Part shown: piece after piece, positions 52,993-63,798 of the stretch
How the letters are laid out: every line of letters starts with the position of its first letter
Position numbering within the stretch: the first letter of the stretch is position 1
DNA from: Rhynchobatus australiae
Taxonomy: Eukaryota
Assembly (NCBI GenBank): GCA_034780895.1
Contig: JAUZTB010000027.1
Location: 39,713,432-39,777,229 of the forward strand
Length of the DNA stretch: 63,798 nt
Direction: 5' to 3'
Program-made: the position numbers and the translations under genes
Notes under the pieces: generated by a model
Seen by the model: the letters and a program-made list of their open reading frames with translations, nothing else
What the model was told of the DNA's origin: nothing
Databases searched by the model: none

Positions 52993-53896
52993 GAGCTTGC
53001 ATTCAATGCTGATGAGCAAAGAGGAATCTTGCTTCAACTTGGCAAAGAGGTTTGCATGATACTGAAATATCGAATTGGGGGACAACTCTGCAAGCATCAA
53101 GATGGGCCCAACAATTCTGCAGTGTCTGATGGCCAACATCTCAACTTTCATTTCAACCTGGAAGCATTTTAATAACATCAAAATGATGTAATGGAACCTC
53201 TGATAATGCCATCACGGCTCTAGATAAAAGTGTGCAAAAGGGATTCTAGGGTATCCCATTCTGTTCCCTGACAACCTTCAGAAAATATGGACTTCTGATG
53301 AGTCATTCTTCTCCTCCTCCTCTTCCTAGAGCTTTGTACATCTTTGCTCTCTCTCTCTGCTCATTATTTCAGTCATGCTCAATGCCTAGAGGAAACTCTG
53401 TTAGCCTTCCAATGCCAGTGAGCCACTTGTTTATGTGCTTATGTTCCATTATAGTTCATTCCTTGCTCATCCCTCTCTCTGATAATGTATTGTTCTTTTG
53501 AAATAGGTTTTAGTTATTGATCAGAAAAGAGTGGGAAGACTCAACAGGGTCAGTTGAATCTGTGGGGAGAAAGTTGATGACTTGTTCTGATACAAAATCA
53601 TCAACCTGAAGCATTTAACACTGCTTCTCTCTGCACATATGTTGCCTTATCTGCTGAGTGCTGGGCACAGTATTGTAAGGTCAGGACATAGTCCATTATG
53701 AATTAAGTAATGCGATGTTAAATATCATTTGTGCAAATTAATTGCAGTCTCCACCTGGTTGTACTCCAGAAACACTACATAAAGCCCTACCTCTTTCTCG
53801 AATGTTATTCAACACAATTTGTGGAGTACTTGTATCTTGAGATACATAGTACCTTATATATATCTATGCTAAATATATCCTTTCGTATTTTGTTTT

Positions 53897-54187
53897 ATAA
53901 GATATCTTTATTAGTCACATGTACATCAAAACACACAGTGATATGCATCTTTCATGTAGAGTGTTCTGGGGGCAGCCCGCAAGTGTCACCAGGCTTCCGG
54001 CGCCAACGTAGCATGCCCACAACTTCCAAACCCATACGTCTTTGGAATGTGGGAGGAAACTGGAGCACCCGGAGGAAACTGACACAGACATGGGGAGAAT
54101 GTACAAACTCCTTACAGACAGTGGCCGGAATTGAACCCAGGTCACTGGCGCTGTAAAGCGTTACGCTAACCGCTACAATGCCGTGCC
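53897..54187 (-). mobile_element. Full-length V-SINE (HE1-like)
   Basis: Reverse complement of the 30116-30412 family from tail to tRNA-like head. Confidence 0.88.
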
Positions 54188-54533
54188 TTGGAATCAGCTG
54201 CTCCCCCAATTAAGTATCTTCTGCTTTCTGCCCTATATGTGACTCAAAATCCACTAATGTGGTTGACTCTTCTTTGCCTCCTTAGCTTGACAATAAATTA
54301 AGACATTAAATTAAGACATTGTCAGTAATGTTTATATCCTGTGAATGAATAAAACAAAATTTAGTCAGTCTGAGTCAGTTGTCTGTTGTTGGAAGATTGC
54401 ATTGTGACCAATGAAGTGTTTTCAATTTTTTGATTCTCACTTGTTCTTAACAGGAAAATTCTGAAGCACAAGGCTCAAATTTCCAGAAATGTAATCTGAA
54501 ATTGTCCTTTTTAATCCTTAACTGTGTACTAAC

Positions 54534-54667
54534 AGTGCCCGCACAAAGCTAACAGCAAATGTTGAATCTAAAAAAGACACTGAAAGGAAAATGGCTGCTA
54601 AGCCTGCAGAAAACAAGACTAAGTTCTCTCAAGCAAAACTGTTAGCTGGAGCTGTAAAACGCAAAAG
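54534..54667 (+). CDS. PSME3IP1: PSME3IP1 fourth coding exon
   Basis: Preceded by TCCTTAAC and an AC acceptor; 134 nt; SARTKLTANVESKKDTERKMAAKPAENKTKFSQAKLLAGAVKRK with the conserved FSQAKLLAGAVK motif; donor GTTAGT at 54668. Confidence 0.95.
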
Positions 54668-57600
54668 GTTAGTATCCATTTTGGGGAAAAAAAATCAGTG
54701 AGACACAATAAATATGACAAGCAATTAAAGACATTGATTTTTCATTATGCTCCAACATTAACAGTGGTCCTGAATAATTAGTTGCCCAAGCTTGATTGTA
54801 CACTTATTTTTCATTCCAATCAAAGTCTTTATTGCTCTATAGTTCTCTTCGGTATCAAGTGAATATTGTTCAATTGAATATTGTTCATTTGGGAACCTTG
54901 ATGGTGCATTTGTCAGGCTATTTGATTACACGGGTCAATGGATAGGGATAATATTCAGGAACCCTAGTCAATGTGAATTAATATTTGCTACTGTTTTACC
55001 TTGGGTGCTCTGAGGTAAATTGTAATCCTTTTATTATGGCCTTGGTTAACACAGCTACTTTGGATAGCTAGCATTTTGAACATAATGCTTCTTCCTGTTC
55101 TGTTTGCCTTGAATGGTACAGGCTACAAATATGCATGGGAGGTTACTGCTGGATCAATGATTTTTATTTTAAGGTTGAAAGAAACTGCTTCAAAAGTTCT
55201 ACATAACACAAGTAGAAAATTTCAAATGGTATCCTATTATGCGATCTCGTATGGCATCTTATTTGCGTATGGTTGAACTTGTTCACCTGCTTATGCTTCA
55301 AAAGAGAAATCATTTGAAGAAAACCAGATTAAACATGTCATTTTACCTTATGTTTTTATATGCAAGGATTCTAACTGAAATTGTCAATTAGTACCAGACT
55401 ATGATTGTTTCGCTGGATGGTCTTGTACTCATTACAAACTGGGTTCACACTTGTTGGCCAATGTGTATTAAAGGAGACATTTAAGCACTTGTTTGGATGT
55501 TGAAAGCAGTTTATCATTGTGGTAAATTGCAATGCAGTTTTGTTTTCTGGAGAGCACATTTATCTTGCCCAATTTGTTTTAAATTCAGCACTTCTGCTCA
55601 CTTTTTCTCCATGTCTGTTTCTCAGGCTCCTCATCTCTTCGATATCTTGGATTTCTGAGCCCTCTTTTTCAGTACAGAGTGTGGAACAATTATGTGCATT
55701 TAAATCCCATTTTCTAGATGTGGAGCTATAATAACATATATAGCATTTGCAAGTTTCTTTTTGCCAGAAATTAATGTCAGTTTCTATGCAAGTATAAACA
55801 ATGTCATCATCCAGATCCACCTGGACAGTGTCTAATCCAGGCTCAAGATTTTTCATTTCTCCAATCCTTGGGTTGTCATTTGGTAATGAACTTAAAACTC
55901 AGAGTATTACTCTACTCTATTTGGGGAACTGGATATTGACTATGCAGTCTTGAGTTCTTAGCTGCATAGATTCTTGATTCATAGATTTTTTATTTTTTTA
56001 AAAAAAGGGTCTTTTAAATATGGGTTTATCAGGGGTAGAATTGTTCAGTCAAATAATCATATCAGTTAATAATGTCTGAGCACTGCCCCCTCATTTGATT
56101 TTTATCTACACAATTTCTCTCTTATTTTGTTGCAGTATGAGCAGAAAACGTTTTATTATTGTCACCGTGGGCTCTGTTGAAATCTTGCAAAGATACATGA
56201 AGTTTAATACAAGAACATTTGCTATATTCGGGCTTTAGTGTTCAACAATACATCCAACACATTTTTGAACAAAAATCAAACTTTGTGTCATCACCTCTGC
56301 ACTGAACATTTTTAATATTCAGCTTCGCAGTACATTTGTAACTCAATAATAACCAGCTTCTGCTTTGGATTGGTTGAGATCTCTACAGCTGGCCTAAGCA
56401 CTTTTGATATTGGGATTTTGGTGGAGGCAAGCAAAGACAGTGGCAGGGGAAAATCAGGCAAAGCCACATCAACAAGCTTCTTGTTCCTTACTGTTGTTTA
56501 GTGACTCCTGCCAGATAGCAAGTGAGGACATTTTAAAATTTGCCCTTTTCATTGATACCTGTAGACTGGAGACGGTATAGATGATCCCCACAACTCCAGT
56601 ATCTTTCTGAAACTGATGAAAAATATCGATAGAAACATTGGAAAATCATTAATTCATGTTTTTTAAAATGAATAATTAATTTTAACCTCTAGAATCCCTG
56701 GACAATGTTGCAGTACAGTTAGAATGGGTTTGGTTAATGCGGGTGCCATTCCCAGTTACTTCTCTCTTCTCCCTTTTGATTCAGGCTGTTACAAAGGAAG
56801 GTGAATATTTATTGTTCATTGTTGATCAGAACGCGCTATCAGAAATAAATTTCAGTGCAAGGTCACTGACCGATGTTGATTGTTTAGAGATTGAGTCGTG
56901 CAATTAACTGAAAGACACAACTGGACACACATCCTGCTTTTAATAGTTCAATTAAAACTAGAAATTCAACATCTCGAGAAGTGAAAGAGGACATATTAAA
57001 ATCAGCTAGTTTGTGGTACTTGGCAATGTTGTTGAAAAAAGCACAGTGTGTTTCCCAGGTAGCCATGGGCCCAATTGCCAGTGGGATGTTGGAGCGTACT
57101 CTGCTTCTTGGCTCACATACTGGCCATAGTAGAGTCACCCTGGTCTCCCCAGTGACCATATATCAGCTTTGACCTCGATCCTACAGATGGGTTGTTGTAG
57201 NNNNNNNNNNNNNNNNNNNNNNNNNNNNNNNNNNNNNNNNNNNNNNNNNNNNNNNNNNNNNNNNNNNNNNNNNNNNNNNNNNNNNNNNNNNNNNNNNNNN
57301 NNNNNNNNNNNNNNNNNNNNNNNNNNNNNNNNNNNNTGATGTATGTGCTCCTTATGTGCCCTGGGGAGTCTGTGAATATCTGGCTTACTATGCAAAGACT
57401 ATAGGCTGGCTTTTGAGCCAGTCTACTCTTTCTCATTGCCACCTTCTAGGTCTCATGTTTGCAAGGGTGATCATAGATTTTTGTTTACTATCTGCAAGTG
57501 ATAGGAGAGCTGATGAGAGCTTCGCCATTTGTGTGCTGCTTTTGTTCCATTCTTCGAAATACCCATTTTACCTTTCATTCCTTGGTATTTAAATAGTGAT

Positions 57601-57915
57601 ATTGTTGAACAGAACTTCCTAATTAATGCCTCAGACCTATTTTCTAAATCCTACTTTTGATTACTTTTTATGAAATATCAGTTAGCCAGAAGCTGATCGT
57701 TGTTCTAAGTTAGGTCTTGAAATTAATGGCAGATTTTCCTGAGCAATCCCGCGATTCTGCGTGGATCTGCAGATATTTTGTTCCAAAGCTGTCAGGGATG
57801 CCCACAAAAACATGCAGGTCCTGAATGTCCTGACAAGCGTTTTGCTGGTTGCACTCTGATGTTGGAATTCTTGAGTCCGGCAGGGGAGCATCAAATTCTT
57901 ACAACTGCCCAGCAA

Positions 57916-57933
57916 GCACGCCCCCTGCTGGTT
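57916..57933 (-). promoter_or_regulatory. CTCF motif candidate
   Basis: Minus strand AACCAGCAGGGGGCGTGC contains the CCAGCAGGGGGCG core; several CpGs retained nearby. Confidence 0.5.
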
Positions 57934-60900
57934 CGGCAACTTTATTTTAATAGAGAGGAATAGCTGTGAGGGAGAGAGTTAGGTTTCAAATCATGTTTTG
58001 AGTTAATTGAGGCTCATGAATGTCCTTTTTTAGTGTTTTTCTAGTGTCCATTTACTTAAAAGACATTTGAGAATACTTCTTGAATGTTCTTGACAGTGGG
58101 GAAATCTAGGGCTGTATCTTTGCCAATTGTCAAACATTCCAGTAGGCAGGACTTGCCATTTACAGCTGAGGGGCACTGCATTTACAAGAACTCACTAACC
58201 TGGTTAAAGCTGGTTTTGTTCATGATGCTGCTTAAAAGATCGACACCAGGTAAGCAGGACCTGGTAGATAGAAGAGTAGCAAGCTGAGAAAAGTTGTCCC
58301 AGTGTTTTTTTTTGCTTTTGATTGGATTCTGGTCCAGTAGCCTTGTTTTAATTTCATTAATGAATGTAGCATTGGTAAGATCTAGCTACCTAATTACTCC
58401 TTTATTAACATTTCTTACCTCCAATTTATTGAAGGTATATAAATATAAATGAGATTAATAGCATTAAAATTAAATAAATGCATAAAAATGGTTTTTTTCA
58501 TTATAAATTGCTATTTGAATGCTCAATAAATTAATAATTCTGGTACTATAAAAACTAACTACCTTTAGAGCAAATAGGAAGATGATTATTGACTTTGCCT
58601 GGGGAGTGGAGGCTGATACTGTCCATTGTATAGGCACAGGCGGTGGATGGTTCCAAAGAAGAGGAGAAAAATATTTTTTAAAAAAAGAAAATATTTTTTA
58701 AAAAGAGAAATATTGTAGGTGACACTTATTTATTCAAAATGCAGCAGTGTTCATTTTCAATACTAAATGAATAATCTTAAATAATTTTAGCCTAAAGCTC
58801 TCAATTGAGCACAGCTGCTGAAATTATCCATTATGTTTATTATCATCTTTTGAAGAGTAATGCTTTGGCTCTACATATTTAGATCTGGAGCTGCAGAATT
58901 TTTCTTTGAACTGTAGCATTGGAGAGTAGTAAGGGAGGATATTTCACTTACTGGAGGCAATTATGTCCTGGATACAGAATGTCATTTTCCATAACTACTA
59001 TGTTATTATATTTTGCATAGTTGCTTTAGTGTACTGATTCAAATCAATTTGGCTCTGCATTCATGTTTCCCCTGTACAGCAATTAATGTAATTATCAGTG
59101 ACAACTTGCTGAAATGTAATTGAAGACCAGCTCTTCCNNNNTAAAGTGATACCAATACATATGGAGATTATGAACAACTTGTAGAAGCAGCTCAAGCTGG
59201 TCAGTCTACTCAGTCATTACCAAGTTGCAATTACTTGGAGACCTTGAATAAAATTTCACCCCATACGAGTATATGTAGACTGAGTGGCCGTTGGACATAA
59301 TTATCTGCTGGGCTTTGCTTATTGGAGAATTTCACAAATGGTGCCCATGATTTCACGAAATGCTGTTGGAACTGGTGTGTAAGGTTTCATTGCTGGACCT
59401 GAAAACCCTTCCTCAAGCTAACTCAAGTACCTATATAAATTTAATTCATAACCTCATCCTCGAGTAAGAGCAGAGTTCTGCCGGTTCAGTGATGCCAGGT
59501 ATGTATCTTAAGCTTTGCTTCATTGTGTAATTCTAATAGGTTTGGGAATAATTGAGTTGCTTTTGAGTCCATAGCTTCAATGCAATGTGGAATATTATAC
59601 TGTGGAATTGTTCCAAAAGATAAGATTAACATTATATCTGAAAAAGGAGCATATTTGAATTTATTCTTGATGGTTGTTGTGAACTCAATAGTTCAATGTA
59701 GTAGCCTAGCAGTTCTCACAGTTTTATCCTGGTAGTTTTAACAGAAAATTATTTTTGGCTATAAGCATGGTCAGTGTACGTAATGTTTCATGGTTTGTTC
59801 ATTTATTTACTTTTCCAATCCGTGTATATTTCACAAGTTACATTAATCAAGTTAGTGCTTTACTTTCTTTCCAACTGTTATTTATTGAAGTAAACAAATG
59901 CACCATGCCCAATTTCACCGTTCAAGTTCCATGATTTACCCTCATATGATAATTACATTAAAATGTAGACTTAAATCATNNNNNNNNNNNNNNNNNNNNN
60001 NNNNNNNNNNNNNNNNNNNNNNNNNNNNNNNNNNNNNNNNNNNNNNNNNNNNNNNNNNNNNNNNNNNNNNNNNNNNNNNNNNNNNNNNNNNNNNNNNNNN
60101 NNNNNNNNNNNNNNNNNNNNNGGATGGTGGGAGGGGATATGACGTGAGGTGAGCTGAGGATTGTTGTTTGGAAAGTGGATTTTATGGAGACAATATGCTG
60201 TGGAACAACAATACTATTGTTGTTCACAAGAAGATTCAGTAAGTGAGAAAGCAGTACTTGCGATGATTTTATTCTGATGTATGTGCCTTGTGTAATGGGC
60301 ATTCCTTGCAACAGAGTATCAGAGGAACCAGGTTGCTGAAGAAAAAAAAATTACAATAGCAGTTCCTGATGCAGTCACCTTCTTTCCAGTGAAGAAACTT
60401 AAACTAGTTAAATGTTTCTTCAGTCGTATATTATTGTAACCCAATGCTCACAGAATTGAAATTTGCTGGTGATTTTTGAGACAAGACAGATGCCTTGCAG
60501 GAGTAATTTCATGTGGTGTGATTGGAAGAGGGAAAGCAAGGAATGCAACTGTACATTCAAAGGAATATTGCAGTGGGGAAGAGTGCAGGGCAGTGGGATT
60601 AGTTTGAATTTCTCCAGCAATGAACTGGCATGGATATAATGGGCTGCAGCTTCCACTATTTGCTGTAAATTTTACAGACAGCAATGGATGGCTGTTCTGC
60701 CAAAGTAACAACCGCGTTGAAATAATTCTTTTCAGTTAATTATTTTCCCTTAGAAGAACTGATTTCTTTTGATTGTACAGTTTTACAGACATTGGTTGTA
60801 TCACCCCACCCCAGTCCCCGGTACTTTGAAATCATTCTTTTTACAATGCGTAGAAATTGACAATGCATTTGACCACATTGGTGCAGTACAATAGGGTCCA

Positions 60901-61477
60901 ATCCTGTCTATTCATAGATACTATATATTTTACGATTATTAGATATTAGATTCAGAGTGGGAAGACTGCTTAATTTTTTTAATACGTTCCTTTAAATTCT
61001 TATATAGAATTCAGTGACAGTTTGTATTGGACTGGGTGCTGCCATCGCACCATGTGGTACTTTCATTAAGTTGGCTATTCATTTTATGGGAGGTTTAACG
61101 CTGATGTTAGGCTGCAAGATATTTACATCTAATTTGAGATGATTCATCAAAAGAAGTCAAGAGGATCTTTTGGAACAACTTCATTTTTTTGTCAGCTAGT
61201 CACTTAGTTAAAACCTTTAAGAATCATGCCAAATATCATGTTGTTCAGTTGATTTAAGTTTTCATCTTATTAAGTTTACTTTTTATACAAATACAAACAA
61301 GCAATGCCATTGTATATACTTAAGCAATAAAATGCATACATAGTGTAATGTGACATTTAGAAAGTATTTAGAAACACTGCTGTATTGCCTACCCATCATT
61401 GCTTTAAGTGGTAGTGGGATTTACAGTTTAGGTTTTACAATTGAGAAGCTTCAGAGATCAATAGGATGTAGCCATGT

Positions 61478-61625
61478 CAGTAAAACTCCAGTAATCTGGC
61501 ATGTATGGTGGTGCTGGACAGCAGATTCTCTGGACTATTGGATGTTATTTATATTAATACCTCAGCACACTAATTCACTTTTTTGATATTATTCAGTAAT
61601 ATAATAAATTTTTCTGTGAATCAGG
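61478..61625 (+). mobile_element. Possible Tigger/pogo-like DNA transposon end
   Basis: cagtaaaactccagtaatctggca...cagtaatataataaatttttctgtgaat, similar to 46533-46660. Confidence 0.4.
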
Positions 61626-63798
61626 AAAGTTTGAAAGGAGTGTGCGAACTGAGGATGCAAAGTGTCTGTTACAGTCAGAAATCAGTCACCTTTATAAGCC
61701 ATGTGACAGGTAGTCTAAGAGGGGAAATGAAACCTGGTGTCCAAAAATTGTTACTTAATTGCTAGACCAGTCAGTTGTTATGCCTAGTGATTTATTATCC
61801 ATCAAAAATGGTCTAAGTCTTAATTATTGATTGCTAGCTTTCAATTAGCAAATATCTACAAGATAACAAAAATGCAGTTGTTTGGTCTTTACCAGTTTGC
61901 AGCTTTAGGAGGGTTAGATGCTCTTTTATATCGGGTGTTGACTGGGGGGAAAAAACGGGCAATAAGAGGTTACAAAAATGCTTCATGAACAAATTTTAGA
62001 AGAACTCCAAACATCACCTTAAAGAGGAAAGCAGACGTGAGGATTAGGTGATCTGATTGTTGGAGTGGTGCAGGAGGATGTCATTGATGTTGATCAGATG
62101 AACCATGAAAGAGCAACTTTTCGACGTACCAAAGATGCAATTTTTGGTTACGTATGTTTCATATTGCTAATGATTCAGGAACTAAAGACAATCATGACTG
62201 TGATCTTCCTCTAAGTTGTTGTGAAAAATAACAGGACCTTTGCTGGCACAAACTGTAAGTTCATTTATTGGTGAATGAATTTGAAATAATTATAAACAAA
62301 TTATTTTTCACTAAGCTCAGTACTGGGAAATATTGTGGCTTCCATATAATTAAAATGACACTGCTAAGTTTAACATGACAGTGAATGTTTTCTCTGTAAA
62401 GACTGTGAATGTGACTGGGTCCCAGTCCAAAAATTAGTAAAAGAGCTTCAGTCAAGCATTCCTGATTTAAAAAAAATGCATTTGATGGTTTTACAGAGTT
62501 GGAATTGGAAAATGATAAGAAAATAATTACTTAAAACTCAAGTTAGAATTCCATGAAAATGCACCAATTCCCAAGAAGTAGCTACCATTGCAGCATTCCT
62601 CAAACATAGCAGTCAATATAAATCAATATCTTGGATTGTGTTCCTGCTGATTAGAAGATGGAGATGTGAAAAGTGTTCTTTTTAATGGAAGGAGTAATTG
62701 AAAAGAACTGTGATAAGTGAAGGGCGCAGTACTATCAGGTGGTATTGTGTAACACAGTATTTATATTTTGATGAACTAATTATTATTTGATTATCCACTG
62801 TCCAGCTTGTTGAAAATTGCAGTTGAAATTGGTAAATGTTTATTTTCAGTTTCTGTAGCTGTTGCTGTCCAACTACACTTGTAATGGAATTCTGACAATC
62901 TGAAATTGTGTGGCAGGTGGAGTCTAATTGTGAAGGAAAGCTGAAGGACAGGTGTTACATGTAGGCCTGGGATGTTTGCAGACCAAGTGGTGCACATGAT
63001 GAAGTCAAAAAAGGTGGAGAGTGAGAAAATTACTTCTTTTCACTTCTACAAATTCCCATTTCCAGAATTGGAGCAATTTAAAAATCTGTTCTGAGTAATT
63101 TCTATTTAACAAGTGTCCATCCTTACCATAACTAAGGTGGAGAAACCCAGTTGTGTTGGCAGAGAGGACTTGTGATACTGTTAACCCACTAACTGCACAT
63201 AAAGACATTGTGCTGTTAAAGAAAGCCTCTTTTTAATGATAAATTAGCATTTTTAATTGGGGCAACTACAGTGGATAGGAGATGGTGGCAGCCCTGAAGA
63301 GTATTTGGATTTTCTTTTGGAAACTCGAAATCGATCAAATTCTTTGAAATTCTACATGCATTGCTTTTGGCTGCAGGGTTTGAACTCTGCACTTAGCTAT
63401 CGTCCTCAAACATTTTCCATGCGGAAACTGAAGTAAATGTCTGTTTCTGTGGCTTCAAAATCAAACCTTGCAGCATACAAGGAGGCCATTTGGCTGCATA
63501 GGTCTGTGACAACTCTGAAAAAAGCTATCTAACTGAGATCCACAGCCCAGCTTTTTCCATGAACCGCGCAAATTAGTTGACTTAATGACCGAGTCCAGAA
63601 GTCCCAGTGGTGGTATTCTTTCTGACTTCCCTTCTCATTATCTAATTTTAACTTGTTCCATTTTATTTCTATCTTTGGCATAAAAACATTAGTCACCACT
63701 CTATCATGTGTTCCCTTTGTTCTCTGCATCATCCTTTCCCTGACCCCAATTTTTTTTGCGATTTAAAACTTTTTTGATTTCTGAATATTTACGCCCGC

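Larger units (their letters stand above)
47647..54533 (+). other. PSME3IP1: U12-type (minor spliceosome) AT-AC intron of PSME3IP1, 6887 bp as assembled
   Basis: 5' ATATCCTTT at 47647; branch box TCCTTAAC at 54515-54522; terminal AC at 54532-54533; phase-0 join keeps the reading frame. Confidence 0.93.

Noticed and set aside
54425-54453. U2-like acceptor ttcttaacag 80 nt before the AC site
   Set aside because: No compatible U2 donor in phase, and an early TGA in the exon frame.
56110-56238. Strong acceptor followed by a short in-phase open frame (SMSRKRFII...)
   Set aside because: No similarity to PSME3IP1 and it appears to overlap old SINE debris.

Overview
Vertebrate genomic DNA: AT-rich, CpG-depleted, repeat-rich, with many N gaps. 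The repeat content (V-SINE/HE1-like, Deu-domain SINE, CR1, Rex1/Babar, L1, Penelope-like) suggests a cartilaginous fish, probably a ray; this is inference. The window lies almost entirely within introns of one + strand gene, PSME3IP1 (FAM192A/NIP30/PIP30). Four coding exons (14636-14759, 45863-45961, 47525-47646, 54534-54667) splice in frame to about 159 aa; the promoter and C-terminal exons were not seen. Most ORFs in the supplied track are spurious or transposon debris. Highlights: (1) a textbook U12-type AT-AC intron (47647-54533) containing two extra perfect U12 donor motifs; (2) Penelope-derived, often fold-back elements with minimal hammerhead-ribozyme motifs, including a TSD-flanked ~350 bp copy (31094-31475) and a GIY-YIG remnant; (3) an isolated 69-nt near-perfect hairpin; (4) a split SINE/L1/CR1 chimera; (5) a convergent pair of CTCF-like motifs. 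Repeat family names and boundaries come from motif recognition by eye and are approximate.
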